Positions 1-13,270 of a stretch of 64,000 bases of DNA are shown in pieces. A program made the translations under genes and the position numbers. Source of the DNA: Takakia lepidozioides. Lineage: Eukaryota; Plantae; Bryophyta. The stretch covers positions 50,778,001-50,842,000 of the forward strand of contig CM060732.1 of the NCBI GenBank assembly GCA_030704615.1, read 5' to 3'. The first letter of the stretch is position 1. Every line of letters begins with the position of its first letter. The notes beneath the pieces are model-generated. The model did not search any database. It was not told where the DNA came from and worked only from the letters and a program-made list of their open reading frames with translations.

Positions 1-171
1 TCTACTAGTTAGCGAGGCTTTGAAGCTCACATTCTTTTCAGCCCTTGTAAACTTGTAAGAAAGGGGGGTCCTGGGTTAGCAGAAGTGGAAGTATGTGGTT
101 GACTACAGTGAGCAACATTTCTCTCCATTTCCGAGTCTCCTGCGCACATATATATAACCCAAGATGGGTCT

Positions 172-3100
172 TCAGATCCGGAACGTGATTGGGTGGGCTT
201 CTACCTCCTCTGGCACCTTCCTTGCGCAGGGAAATGGAGGTAGAGCCTCAGCGATGGACATTGCTCGCAGTAAATAATTGGCGTACTTGTTGCTGGATGC
301 AGGTAGTACTCCACTCTTTGGCATACGTGTAGAATGAAGTCTCCCTCTCCCTTCCGGAAGTTGGTTGTCTCCATACCCATGTTCCATACTGATAAAATCC
401 AGCATTGTAGGATTGAAGATCCAGTCTCCATTGTACCAATTGTAGTCATACAGTGGGAGAAATCTTTGACCAAAATCTGCTATGAACTCGATCGCAGAGA
501 GAATGTATTCAAACTCCTCGATGTGATACGCGAAGCTGACCCTTGCCCAGCCTGGCTTTATGCCTACACAACCCTGTGATCCAATGAGATTCAGTAATCA
601 ATACCATTCAGCTTATATGTCAACTAAAGCCCAATATTCCCTCAAATTTGAGGGTGTGCACAGGCTGCAAATGAACCAAAGCAGCACTAAATATTCCTGC
701 ATCAACATTTTCCTCTCAGTCTCCATGGCCTTCAACGTATTCTCCAAACTTTGTTTCCTCATCTCTCTTTGACCCTATTTCTCGGACATCCTTGAAGCGA
801 TCAAGTGGAATAACTACGTATACATGCACTCAGAGACGTGTGCACAACTTCTAGTGAACTACTATACTTCACAGATTCTTCCACCACCAATGAACAAAGC
901 ATTCGTGCAAAATAATTGTTAAGCTAATCATGAAGCTGGCCATCATTGTGTCGAAAATCCACGAATTATGCTTTGGACAGACGACGTACTTTCGATACTG
1001 CATTGTGAACGCCTAACGATAGCTCCTCATCCATTCCCAAGATAACATGACCGTATGGACCCGCACATGAACAACCTCCTCTTGCTTGAATTCCAAACAA
1101 ATCGTTGAGCAACTTCACTATAAACCGGCCATGCAGTGGCTTCTCTCTTTGCGTTGGTGTCACTGGATTGTTCCGAGTCATCGGACCTTGCCTTCTATTC
1201 TTCAATCCCGAGTCAATCTGCTCTGAAGACTGGGACTCTCGATGTGGCAAGTGGCAGTGGAAGGGGCTACACGATGAGCTTAATGGCATCCTGGTCCCCG
1301 AATTTTCCAAAATCTTTAACGAAGACCGTCCATGACTCTCGTCCCGAGCAACTTGAGATACAACGTCCTCAACCGTAAAAGTTTGAATCTCCGGTTCAAG
1401 ATCAATATCGTGCAGATCGCTGTGAGGAGCAGCTAGTAGCTAAAGGATTTGTAGAATATGGGTTAGCACATGGGTTTTGTGGAGATATCTGTGATGGCCT
1501 TCTTGAGGGTCCTCGCGATATGTTCAGGAGCTTATTGGCCAACGACCTTAACAGAGACCGCCGATGACTGTCGTTTAATGTAACTGACTCACCCTGCTTA
1601 TAAATATGAGACTCATCCAGAGGACTAGATGTGTGCACAATAAAGGATAGGATTGATGATCGTCTGGCTGTAGTGCTCCCCATGATGAGCATGTTCTTGT
1701 GCTTTCTCAGCTTTTCCATGGCAGATTCAATGAAGAACGACTGAGGTTAGTGCCCATGATCTCCTCTTTCACCCAGAACGCGAGGGCGCATCGAATCTTC
1801 TGAAGGATCGGCGGAGTGCCAGCATCCTCCCGACCTTCGATATCTTCAAGATATATAGTGTGCTGTCAATGGCACAACGTACGTTGAATCATATGAAAAC
1901 ACGCACTTGAGACAAAATTTTCGAGGACCATAATCATGTATAGTCATCAATTGCTACCCAAGATACTGAAACGACTGTATCCGCCCTGGAAATTGTTGTG
2001 CTTCTGCATTCACATGCAGCTAGAGCTATGCTTCAAGCGTATGTTAAGTCTTAAACTGGGGCACAAAATCTGAGTAGGAGAGCTTATAGGATGATGTGTA
2101 CCTCAGCTTTTATATGGTTCACATAATTAACCGTACCACCCCCACAAGTCGACGGAGGATTACTTCCAAGAAGATAAAGCTTCTTGTTCATGAGCAGAAT
2201 GCCTGGAGTGCCAGGCCCCCCTATAAACTTGTGAGGACTCAGGAAAATAGCATCATAGCCATTGCTCTTCCCTGACCGCATATCGATATCCACGTACGGA
2301 CCACTGCCATTGTTCAACAAGCTTGTCGTGAGGAACTTCATCACCAATTCATGACATACGTCAGTCTTAAGCGCGCAGGGAGCATCAGACGAAAAACATA
2401 AGTCTATTGGGCAAAACCCTACAGCTCAATGATCTATTGAATGGCTGCATCATAAGCATGTAAATTCCTGACCGTCAATGATCAATCTACAATGGTTAAA
2501 AGTCACATGTGAGTCAGGACTAGTTACCTACTTTTTCCGGATCCCAGAGACCATTTTCCAGGACAACTTTTAGCATAGATCGTCAGTCTTCTATCACAAG
2601 CTAACGAGCTCAGGAAACGGATTCATACATGATGATCAGAGATAAAATCAGGAGAGTGAATGAGCAACTCAGTACCAGCTCGCAAAATCAAAGCAGGCAT
2701 AGGCCCCTCTTGCATGCAGCAGTTCAGAGATGGCACGTGTATGAGAGAGAAGGCCAGTGACATTGCTGCATGCTGAGAAGGAACCCAGCTTAGGACGACC
2801 GTAGTATATGGAGTTTAGCAGCTCTACCTCCAGCTTTTCCATGTCGAGTAATCCCTCCTTATTTACTGGAATTTCAACCACCTTTTTGAAATTACGTAAC
2901 ACAATGCCTTATCAGAAATATATATAGATCGTGGCGCATTTTTCAAGGGTGAGTGGTTTGCTTCTAGATGCAACACTATTCAAGAACTTCACTTCAAATC
3001 TGTCATAGAGGGAGTGAGACTTAGAAATGAGGAAATCCCGGAGAAAACATATCATGGAGGTCTACAAAACTAGCTATGGGTGAATTCGCCTCTAATCTTC

Positions 3101-4345
3101 TCAACCATAAGAGACGAGAAATAGTACCTCAGCCAAGCTGTGGCGCCACGACAAAAGGTTCGAGTGATGCTCGTATGGCCCCACATACACAACCCACCCC
3201 TCCCCCGGCTACACACACCATGTACTTTAGTTTGAAGTGAACCTGTTACTATTAGCTAGCTTTGGTCACACGTAGCATGAGTTGAATTCACCAAGTTACA
3301 TGCTCTTCGCAATAACTTATAAGCTAGTTATATGCTCTTGTGTGCATAAAGTTGATGAGCCTTGCAGTCTGAACATCTCGTATTGAGGATGTCACCGCTC
3401 GAGCTAAAATTTCCATGGGGACGACTTTTAAATAGTGCACAAACATCCGAATAGCACTTCAACTTCACACCAGTGTAGAAAGGCTGTCCAGCGAAGAAGG
3501 TCCGTACCTCTAGCGTACTTAATATCCTCGACCGCATAGTGGAGGCGACTGCGATCCCCATGACTTCTTGCAGCCTTTTTACGGCAGCCGTACAGCCGCT
3601 TCCACAGAAAAGGAGGGCCTCCTCCCGGGTGCCCCTAAGACAATGCTTGATGTAATTGTGAGCTTCACTGACGTAGTGGCTCATTTTGGCCCCAAGGAAA
3701 CTGTCCTCAGTATGTGTGTTGGCTGCAAGTATGTACGCAGTGAACGTGATGTCATTCAGAGTACAATTCGTCATGTGTTGCACACAAAGACTTTATTAAT
3801 CCTTACGGACGCCAAACTACTTAACAAAATTTTCTGAAAACAAAAGTCCCGGGAATTTTTGTCCATAGTTATAAAATGTGACTCGTTCCAAGGAAAATCT
3901 AGAAGACAGTACCGTAGAAGAATATTGCGGATCATGAACGTTTCAACGTGAGCAAGAGGCCGTCCTGATGCAGTGTGGTCTGCGTAAATGACCGGGCGCA
4001 TGCCAAATGGGGTTGCAAACTCAAAATCCCGCCCAATTATCTGTGAGCGTAGCCATGCGCATTTGCCTGTAGTTTGAACAAACAGCGAATGAAAAAAACT
4101 AGCTTGTGCACATATACATGATGGCTAATACAATCAGACCATCCTTGGACTCAAATGACATATTGACATCAGAGCGCAGGCCTGAGAAATCAATCACGAT
4201 GCGATAGCTAGAATTCCTTGAAGGACTCGCCCTCTGTGCTCTCTTTGGCCTGCTCCAGCAATGAAGGCTTGAGCTCTAGCTTGTTGCCCAGCGTCAGCTG
4301 CATGCCCGACCTTCCCCCCTGCGGCAGACGATTGCCGTGACCCAT
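172..4345 (-). pseudogene. Class-V aminotransferase / cysteine-desulfurase-like multi-exon gene, frameshifted
   Basis: Spliced exons give WLRSQIIG..TPFG..YADHTASGR, NTHTED, FCGSGCTAAVKRLQEVMG, VGPYEHHSNLLSW, GSFSACSNVTG, FLSPHKFIGGPGTPG (PLP lysine motif), REDAGTP, LLNDLFGIQARGGCSCAGPYGH and KPGWARVSF. Two frame breaks, at about 3915 (LPFY region) and about 1740. Confidence 0.85.
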
Positions 4346-5068
4346 GATAGAATCTAACCTATCCAAGATACAAGACAATTTATCGCATATGATCACAGAG
4401 AATGTATCCGAATTCTTGCCTATCTACAACACAATCCACCGCATGATCACTATCGACTTGATTGGTTCCGGTATATAACTTTTCAACTCTCTGATCTCTC
4501 TCCAAATTATCATCTTTTAGACCACCCAACTGTCGTGCGCATGCCATACTAAGAGTAAGCCGGAAGATCCAGCGCCCACCTATGCTATCCAGATGTGGGT
4601 CTTGAGGTTAACATAACTGATCTATGTACATCTAACGAGCTCCTACTCCCAGTACCATCTCCGCTCCTGTCCGGCAAGAATTCAGGTCTCGAGTTGGCAA
4701 GAATGCCATCGAGCTCATTTCTTCAACATTACTCGGATGGCTGATACATCGTCAGACCAGAACAACGCTCCTAAAATAGGCCTAACATTAGGAGTGATGT
4801 CTTCACTACCTAACACGCAAAAAGCCTGAATCTTCTTTTCTCCTGAGCAATCTGGCCTTACTACGTCGAGTCGGTGACACCATACTGGACCACAGAGGCT
4901 TGGTCCTTTTTATAGGCGAAGAAGTCGATGGCCAATGCATGACACAATTTTCCGTATACTGGGCATCTGCCGCACCGATTGCAAGTGGGTATCTCGACCC
5001 TGTTGACTGTCAAGCTACTGCCCCACCTCACACATCATGCCCTTCATTCTAGTGAGAGGAGAACATAC

Positions 5069-5240
5069 CAGTGTTGTGCGGGTTTTTTTTCGGAGCCAAG
5101 TTCGGGTCCGGATCCGGGTTTTTGAAATTTGGAAAATCGGGGTCCGGGTTCGGGTCCGGGTTTGTCAACACGAACTGGGGTTAGGGTCCGGGTAGTTGTT
5201 AGGAAATATTAGCGGGTTCACGGGTTCGGATCCGGGTCCT
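5069..5240 (+). mobile_element. hAT-family terminus (CAGTGTTG) with GGGTCCGG/CGGGTT subterminal repeats; partner end not found
   Basis: Same CAGTGTTGTGCG end as the TSD-bounded MITE at 29090, followed by dense ccgggt repeats. Confidence 0.6.
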
Positions 5241-5749
5241 AATTTATTGATTAAATAAATTAGAAAAATAAGATTAATTAGGGATAAAATTATTTTTGGC
5301 TGGAAAAAACTTTAAATCCTAATAATAAATTTTAGACATTCCTTCAAAATATACCATGAATATGAATATGTATACCACGAATAAGAATTAAAATAGAAGT
5401 TTGAGTTCCATTTTCTATTTTTCAATATCAATTCTTTAAATATGTTAAGAATAAGAATATGCCTCAAGGGTAGATCACTATAGCATGGATGTGTGGGATC
5501 TGGCCTAATAATAATATATGATGCCTCCTTTGGGAGGTGTAAATTATGGTCCCATAGGGCACAACTTTGTGACACCAAAAGCCGGGTGGCGCACATCCTA
5601 ATATTAATAAGGGATGGATCGGGGGGTGCGCCATTGTGAGGATTTTGGGGTAGGGCCTCTGCAGTCTAAGTCTAAGTTATGTTGGTTGCAGACCCCCTAT
5701 TGGATTTTACAAAGTCAAAGCAGAACATTATAAGGGCATAACGTGCAAG

Positions 5750-7958
5750 CACCCGGGAGCATATTCTGTTTTTTTAGTTCTCTTGAAACAAGACATTTTG
5801 TGCAGCTTCAGGCCTTAAAATTAATTGGAATAAGGCGGTTGGTTTATTAAGCCAGCTAGCTGACCCTTCAGTCGTTGCGCACATTGCCCCGTGGGGTATC
5901 GAATTGGGCTTCAGATGGCTTTTGGATGGTGAATCTCATGAGCTTTTAGGGCAGCTGGTGGGGACCGATATCTCTGATGATGCCAGGTTTGCTGCTGTCC
6001 TATCCAAGCTGAAAAGAAAGCTTGCGCATTGGAGTTCCTTGCATCTGTCTCTCGTGGGTAGAGCTTTGATTGTTAACCAGGTGCTTTTGGCCTCTTTGTG
6101 GTTTCTTGCTTCGGTATGGTCGCCTCAGGCTTCCATCATAAAAAAAGTGAAATCTCTGATGAGGAATTTTATTTGGGGTGCTACTCCCTCCTCCGCCTCC
6201 AAAAGAGCTTTAGTAAGCTGGGATCAAATTACTCAAAGCAAAAAAAACGGGGGATTAGGGGCGTTAGATCCCCAAGCACAAATCACGGCCTTGTTGGCCA
6301 AATGGGTCCCTAGAGCTCTTTCTCACCTTTCTAGCCCTTGGAGCAGGCTGGTTCGTCAGAATCTAATGGTGGCCATCCCTCGTACTAGTGACAAATGGGC
6401 TCATTCGCTGAGATGGATTACCCAAGGTGGTAAGCTCAATGAAAGGCCAAGTTTGGGTTCTCGAGCGTGGCAATCCATCTGGAAGGCTTGGTGCAAGTTG
6501 CGTCCGTGCTTGGTACAACTAAGTCCCTTTTCATTTAGCCAGGTCTTGAGGCAACCACTTTTTGGGAATTATAATCGTGATAAGGAGATTCTGATTACAT
6601 GTACCAAACGCTGGGCTGAATGGGAAGATGTAGGTTTGGCCCACCTCTTGCATTTCTGGGATGATACCTTATGTCTCTGATCTCTCCTCAATTTGCTGCG
6701 CAACAGCTATCAAAGAGAAGGGTTAATTTGGGTTGGAATGCGGTCATGGAGGATCTCCCTGACAATTGGAATAGGCTTATTGCTGACCCCAATCTCATGT
6801 CGCTGCCGGGCTGGCTGGGTTTTGTTGTTGACTCCCAACCCATAGCCATTTACGCGATTGCCAGAGATAGCTCATGTATGCATGGTACTGGTTTTGGGGT
6901 AAGCAATGATGGAATCCTGCTCTCCCCTAAGGCAGTAAGTGTCCCTGTAGACTGCCAATTCTTTGAGATCAGGGTCTATTGTAAGCTTTCAGGAAACACA
7001 AACCCTCTGCCTCCCTTAGACCTGCAACATTATGAGGGGAACTTCTGCTGGTTTCTTTCTGCCCCTCTTAAACTACTTCAGTTTGACCCTGGGGAGTGGA
7101 TTTGACTGTCCAAGGGACACGACCCATTTTTCAATTATTCGGTTAAGCTTGGGTACAAGTTGTTGATGCCTAAAAGAGGATTCGAAAATGGTCTAATAAG
7201 TGGCAAAATTTGCCTGTGCCTGCGGTCCTGGTTTGGCGTGATATTTGGAAAAAACACAGGTCTTCGAAAGTTACGGCTTTCCTATGGAAGGTGGTCAATA
7301 AGATCTTGCCTGTGGCGGCAAACTTTGAAGATTCATCCTTGAACTGTGTCTCTTGTATACAGGCTGCAGAGGAAAATTTGGAACATGCCTTGGTGCTTTG
7401 CCCATTCGCCCGTGCTGTTTGGGAAAAGGCCCTTCATCTGTACTCTTTCTGGTCCTCTAACTTGGACTCCTCTCCTTCAGTCTTGCTTCTCAATGTCAAG
7501 AATGGCAGAATTCATTGTTCTTGCCCTGTTTGGGAATCACTGAGAGGTATCATATTGTGGCAGATTTGGAAAATGAGATGTTGTGTGGTGTATCAAAAAG
7601 AGAGGCCGTGTTTGAACAAAGTTCTTTTTCTAGCTCACTCAGACCTTAAGTCTGAGGCTCGCAAAGCTTGGTCTGTTTTGGTTGCAGCTCTTTCCAAGTG
7701 TCACAGCAGTCGAAGACCTCAACTCTTTGCCGCCTTCGACAAATCCTGGGGAAAAGATTTCGTGTTCTGTAGGAGAATTGATGACACTAGGATTGTGTGG
7801 GAAGACTCCCCCCCTACCTGTTGGAAGCTCAACTAGTACTAAATAGACTTCCTTGGAGAACGAAGACGCAGAAATAAATTGGAGACACAAGCGTAGTGGC
7901 TCTAGGAAGGCAAAGTCAAAGACACAGCTTTCGTTTGATGGGCCCAAAAAAAAAAAAA
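5750..7958 (+). mobile_element. 5'-truncated L1-type LINE (ORF2: end of RT plus zf-RVT), degenerate
   Basis: FCAASGLKINWNK, LSLVGRALIVNQVL, VSWDQITQSKKNGGLG, FLWKVVNKILP..CVSC..EENLEHALVLCPFARAVW, WQIWKMR. Frameshifts near 6675 and 7200, stop at 7103, poly(A) at 7946-7958. Confidence 0.9.
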
Positions 7959-8629
7959 TGCAATATGTAGGTGGTTTTTTAAGTCAACCAGTATCCTACT
8001 TCTCTTGCCTTCCCATATGGGACAGATGGTCCTGTTTTCATAGTTCTTCTTCTCCTTTCTCTTCACCTCCTCAGAAAAATGGGAATATCTCAGCGAAAAA
8101 AAGATTTTTGGGAAAATTGACCGAACAATATGCTCATACCTACCCCTTGCAAACACCTGTAAATTTCCAGGCCAATCGGGCGAAAATCAGAGAAACGCCA
8201 CGTTGAGTGTGGGGCCCATTTTTTGGGCCCCTCCCAAGAAAAATAAGGGAAATTGGAGGAATTTGCAATTTTCAATGACAGGATGAAATCTGCAGGACCT
8301 CATCCTGCTTACAAGTGTTGTCCAGCACATTGGCATTCTAATGAGCCATAGAAAGCAAAAAATGGATTCATATTTTCTGATTTACAGCTGGTCAAAGTAA
8401 GGGGGGGTCAAAATGCCATAGGCAGCAGCAGTTTTGCTGAAGCACAAAGACAGCCTGGTAGTGCGTGGCATGTGCACATCAGCTAGCTTCCACCATCTGC
8501 TCTCATTCTTTTGCCCTGCCCAAGTTCCATACAAGCCTAAGGCACACAAAATGGAGTCTAGCAACATGAAGACAAAGGCTAGAGTCAAGCACAGCAGCCA
8601 ACTACTTCATCTCCCACCCATAGTGGGAG

Positions 8630-9138
8630 AGCATGGGTGGGATTTGAACCCACAGAGCTGCCCCAACAGCCCATGCTGAAGCCAAATTCCACACAAGCCC
8701 AAGCTCCCAAAAAATAGAGATGCAAAACAGCAGCCTCACCTTCATCTCCCACCCTTAGTGGCCAAGTATGGGTGGATTTGAACCCATAGAGCTGCCCCAA
8801 CTGGTAGCCCATGCTAAAGGCTTTTGGCCAAGTTCCACACAATCTGCACACTCCGAAAGTTTAGAGACAATGAGGCAGCCACACAAGCTTGAAGGCTAGC
8901 AAAATTCCAACACAATGTGGCAACACACAAACTTGAACACAGATAATTCCATTGTGGGAGTGGGAATTGAACCCAGTGGCCTGCCCCAACTGGCAACTCA
9001 CACAAAGAAAGACCAACATGTGGCCAGCACTAGCATCAAATCAGACTCAGAAAAACCAGAGATGAACCCACCTTTACACGCCGAATTGTGTGAGTGGGAG
9101 TTGAACCCACTAACTTGCCCCAATTGGCAACTCACACA
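8630..9138 (-). repeat. Four tRNA-like (acceptor + T-arm, no anticodon arm) hairpins in degenerate tandem units
   Basis: Copies at 8630-8677, 8765-8815, 8953-9004 and 9087-9138. On the minus strand each reads as a 7-bp outer stem, TTGGGGCA in one short arm, and a GGGTTCAA(A/T/C)TCC T-arm. Confidence 0.7.
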
Positions 9139-9639
9139 TGAACACAAGGGGGGAGACTCCTCCCCAGTAGGGAGGGAATGAGTCTCCACCCTTGTACGCA
9201 CCCCCGCTTGACTGGGAGACTACCACATAATTATACTAGACACAAAGAAAATGGACTCAATCCTAATTGAAACACAAAATTGTTGCAGCAAAGACCTCCG
9301 AGCTACATGAACACTAAGGCAAAAAGCTGGAGTAGCAAACAAACCATTCAGGTCAGGACCCAGTGAACCCCAAAACTGCACAACCACAAAATCATACCTC
9401 TCCTTGGACTGTCAAGCAACTCTCTACGGCTGGATCCTCAGTACAAATGTTTCAGGGCTACCAACAGCAAACCAACCCCCAAACACACCACTGTGTTTAG
9501 AAAAAGACAGAATACCACTACATAGAAAATGTGTCGTAAGGAGGATACCCCCTCTTTGGCATCAAATGTCTCCATGTCTCTGCAATAAGAAATCAACCAT
9601 ATCAATTACTGAATATAGAAGTACCTATAATGAGAAAAG

Positions 9640-11300
9640 GCTATGGCTCTTGACAAAGCATCATCCAAGGCACATATAGACATCTCCACACGCATGACAA
9701 AAATACCTTTGACGCATACCGCACTCAACACACTTCCTCCTCCTACTAGTCTTGAGGGAGAAATGCACGGACCCCGGTTGGCCACATCTGCCCCTGGCAT
9801 TACTGTTCTCCTGGGAGGAACCCACCCCACAATTAGTCCCTTTGCAACCTCCAAATTGAAAAGCATGTGGCTAAGAGGAGTGTGACCCTTTCCCCTCATA
9901 AAACCCAGGTACAATATGTAAGCATTCACCAAAGAAGTGTCAACTCCATAAAAGTACAAGTGGTGCCACCATTTATGGACCATTATTGTGTATGCTTCGG
10001 CAACTCGTATTTTTTTTATTAATTTAATTTCCTGGTCTGAACAGAGTAGTATCCCCGTAGCTGATCCTAAACATCCACTCCTCGCATATGCTGCTAGTAA
10101 TGAAACACAATAGGGGAGGTAGCTGACACAACACGTCTTACCCCTTTGTGCCATCTTTGTATGAAGCAATCAGGACCGATAGGGGAAATGACAGTGGAAA
10201 TCATGGTCACCAACTTGGCATCCATCCAAGCAATAGCGGCTACTTTGCCACTTATGTGAACACGATATTCCAGCCTACCTCTCTCACCCTTCTTCCCCAA
10301 ATCAAGGCACGTAGGAAAGCCCACTCGGGAGGTTTTTACCGTGCCAGTAGCATAGATCTGTTTTGCTGCCAAATCATAGAATAGGATGGGGCTACTGAAA
10401 AAATTATCCATCGTTACAATATGGAACTCCTCTGCTACTGAATTGCCAGACATTACACGGTTAGGTGGGGATTTGGGTCCTCATTTGCCTTTTGGAGATT
10501 CAGCAAATCCAGTTGACTTTTTCAATTTGTTTTGGCCATTGTTGGTCATGCGCCAAATTTGCAGCAAGACCAACTTGTATGTCAGGACAGAAAACCAGAA
10601 TGGAAACCTGAAAGGAGGTAGATGGTGGTACCCTATCACCATCCGTGAATTGAAGGCTTGGCTTGCTGTTCACATGCTCATGGGAATCAAAAAATTGCCT
10701 AGTACTAGATTGTATTGGAAAGCCAACAATGTCTTCTTCAATTGCCCTTCCATCATGCGCATTACGTCCCGCAACAGATGGGAGGCAATTCTGAGGTGCC
10801 TCCACCTTGTTGACAACAGGGATGTGTGCACTATTGACACTGACCCTGCTTTTGATAAGTTAGCTAAAACCAGGTGGTTGCTAGATGCACTAAATGGTTT
10901 GTATGCCACCTACATGAGCCCCGAGCAGAATTTGACTGTGGATGAGCAAATGGTGAAGTACAAGGGCAAGTATGCCCGAATCCAACAATACCTAAGCAAG
11001 AAGCCCGTGAAGTGGGGTCTGAAGGTGCGGTGTGGTGTTTGTGTGGTGCATGTTCCAAATATGTTCAGAAGTTAGAGGTTTACCTTGGGAAGGATGATGG
11101 GAATGATATGACCCATGGCAGCGGGCACGACCACTGGAGTCTTCAAATTTGGTCAAAGAGGTTTTTAACAATGGAAGAAAATAGTCTATTTCTAGTCCTT
11201 CTCTGAAACATTGGACTTGCTTTTCGCATAACCAATTCTCCCATTGAAGTCTCCCACTAGGAGGAGCCTTACTCAATCGTTGTTGACATACTTTTCAATT
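9640..11300 (-). mobile_element. piggyBac (PGBD-like) transposase pseudogene; central segment ~10455-11130 inverted onto + strand
   Basis: + strand: PVDFFNLFWP, ELKAWL, SRNRWEAILRCLHL, LTVDEQMVKYKG, KPVKWGLK. - strand: HIVTMDNFFSS, ATGTVK, WMDAKLV, MRGVDV*DQL, KWW, VNAYILY and a C-terminal Cys-rich domain CVEC..CHAC..MC..CF..H. All three catalytic-Asp motifs are present, with internal stops. Confidence 0.9.
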
Positions 11301-11599
11301 TGTCAGTCCTGAAGTTTTTTCTCTGGGGTTTTCCTCCATTTTTTCTCTAAGCTCTACGACTTTTCTGCACCAAATTTTCATTTCATTTCATTTTCATACT
11401 TCTCATCTTTGGCCCTGGTTTAAGACGGAATTTCACATGTCCTTTTCCGTTGTTCAAATTTTAAGCAATTTTTATTTCTCATAGTTTTTATTTGGTGGTC
11501 TGACCTTTTATCCTCTCTCATGTTTTCTTCAGATCCATTTTCTCCCATGAGATCCAGGCGCTTCCCAAAAATCGTTATCTCATAGTGTGTATTTATTTT

Positions 11600-13270
11600 T
11601 TTTATTTTTTATTTTTTTGGCAATTTAGGATTTTGGATTGACATACATGTTTTATAGTACCTTGCTTTTCATGTTAGCATTACCCCTAACCCTAACCTTT
11701 TTTTGCACATTTGCACTAGCTTTTTCCTTTGTTTTGGATTGACGTGCATTTAGGCATGTTACAGTTTGCTTTCTATGTTACATCTTAATACTAGGTCCAA
11801 GTTCCAACAACGAGTCTTTCATTTAAATACTTGTCTATAATATTAGGTTCTTCATTGTTTTTTTGCTTACTAGTACCCTACTAACAACACTAAGTTCTAG
11901 CGAAGTCTGGAGTTTTTCATAAGTGTTTGTCTATTTTGTAACTTAAACAAAAACCCTAAACCCTTACTAGAAAACCCTAAACATTTATCCTTAACCCAAT
12001 ACCCCAGAACCCTTTCCCTTCCCTTTGCAAATGAGAATCATAACCATAACCATTTTGGTTATCCAAATCTCTTCAACGTATCCAAATTTCCATTATTTAC
12101 CCTACTAACACACACTAAGTTGTAGCGAGTGCGAGTCTTCCGGCATGTATGCTCACCATTTCTGCCTTCAACCCAAGCCCTAAACCCTCGTCGAAAACCC
12201 TAAGGAAAACCCTACGTCATTGTTACGTCTAAACCCTTACCCTTCCCCTACAACTGGGAATGAAGTATCCATACCATAACCATAACTATTTATGGTTATT
12301 CAAATCTCTTCACCCTTCACCTTGCGCAAGGTTTTGGTTTTGGTTTGGATTGACATGCACTTACTTTTTTTTAATCGAACTTTGCTTTCTATGTATCTTA
12401 ATACCAGGTTCCAAGGACGAGTCTTTCATTTAAATACTTGTCCGATGCAATGACTACACTTCCATAATATTAGGTTCTTCATTTTTATTTTGCTTAGTAC
12501 TACAGGCTTACTAACAACACTAAGTTGTAGCGAGTGCGAGTCTTCCGGCATGTATGCTTACCATTTCTGTCTTCAACCCAAACCCTAAACCCTCGTCCGG
12601 AACCCTAAACAAAACCCTACGCCATTGTTACGTCTAAACCTTTATCCTTCCCCTGCAAATGGGAATGAAGTATCCATACCATAACCATATATATCTTAAT
12701 ACCAGGTTCCAAGGACAAATCCTCAATCTAAATACTTCTCCAGCCCAATGACTTTTCCATAATATTTGTTTCTCCATTTTATTTTATTTTATTTATCCTA
12801 CTAACACACACCAAGTTCTAGCGACTGTGAGTTCTAGCGACTGTGAGTCTTCCACATTTGTTTGTCCAATAGTGTTCTTAAACCCAAACCGAAAACCTAC
12901 CTTTACCATCACCCCTAAACCATTAATCGTACCATAAACCAATAACTTTAGTGTACTACCCTAGTTACACTCCAAACCTTATTGTACTACCATGTTACCT
13001 ATTCTCAATGTTTCATGCTCTTTTAATATTTTCTTTTGTTGAATAAGGTACGATAGAATGATTACAGGGATATCAAATTCATCAACCATTTCTTAATTCT
13101 ACCGAGTGTGAGTCCATCATATTTGTTTGTTTTGTACCCTAAATCTAAACCCTAAACCCTTACCCTTACTGTAAACCCAAACCTTATTACACTTCTCTCT
13201 AGTTACACCCCAAACCTTATTGTACTACCCTAGTACCTCTTCCGAATGTTTCATGCTATTCTAATATTTT
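11600..13270. repeat. Degenerate tandem duplications rich in AAACCCT telomere-like motifs
   Basis: 12100-12300 is near-identical to 12510-12690. Recurring ctaacaacactaagtt(c/g)tagcga and aaaccctaaaccct motifs. Confidence 0.7.

Noticed and set aside
8630-9138. tRNA genes or a CRISPR array
   Set aside because: There is no anticodon arm. Repeats are not identical, spacers are partly homologous to each other, no cas genes are present, and the context is eukaryotic.
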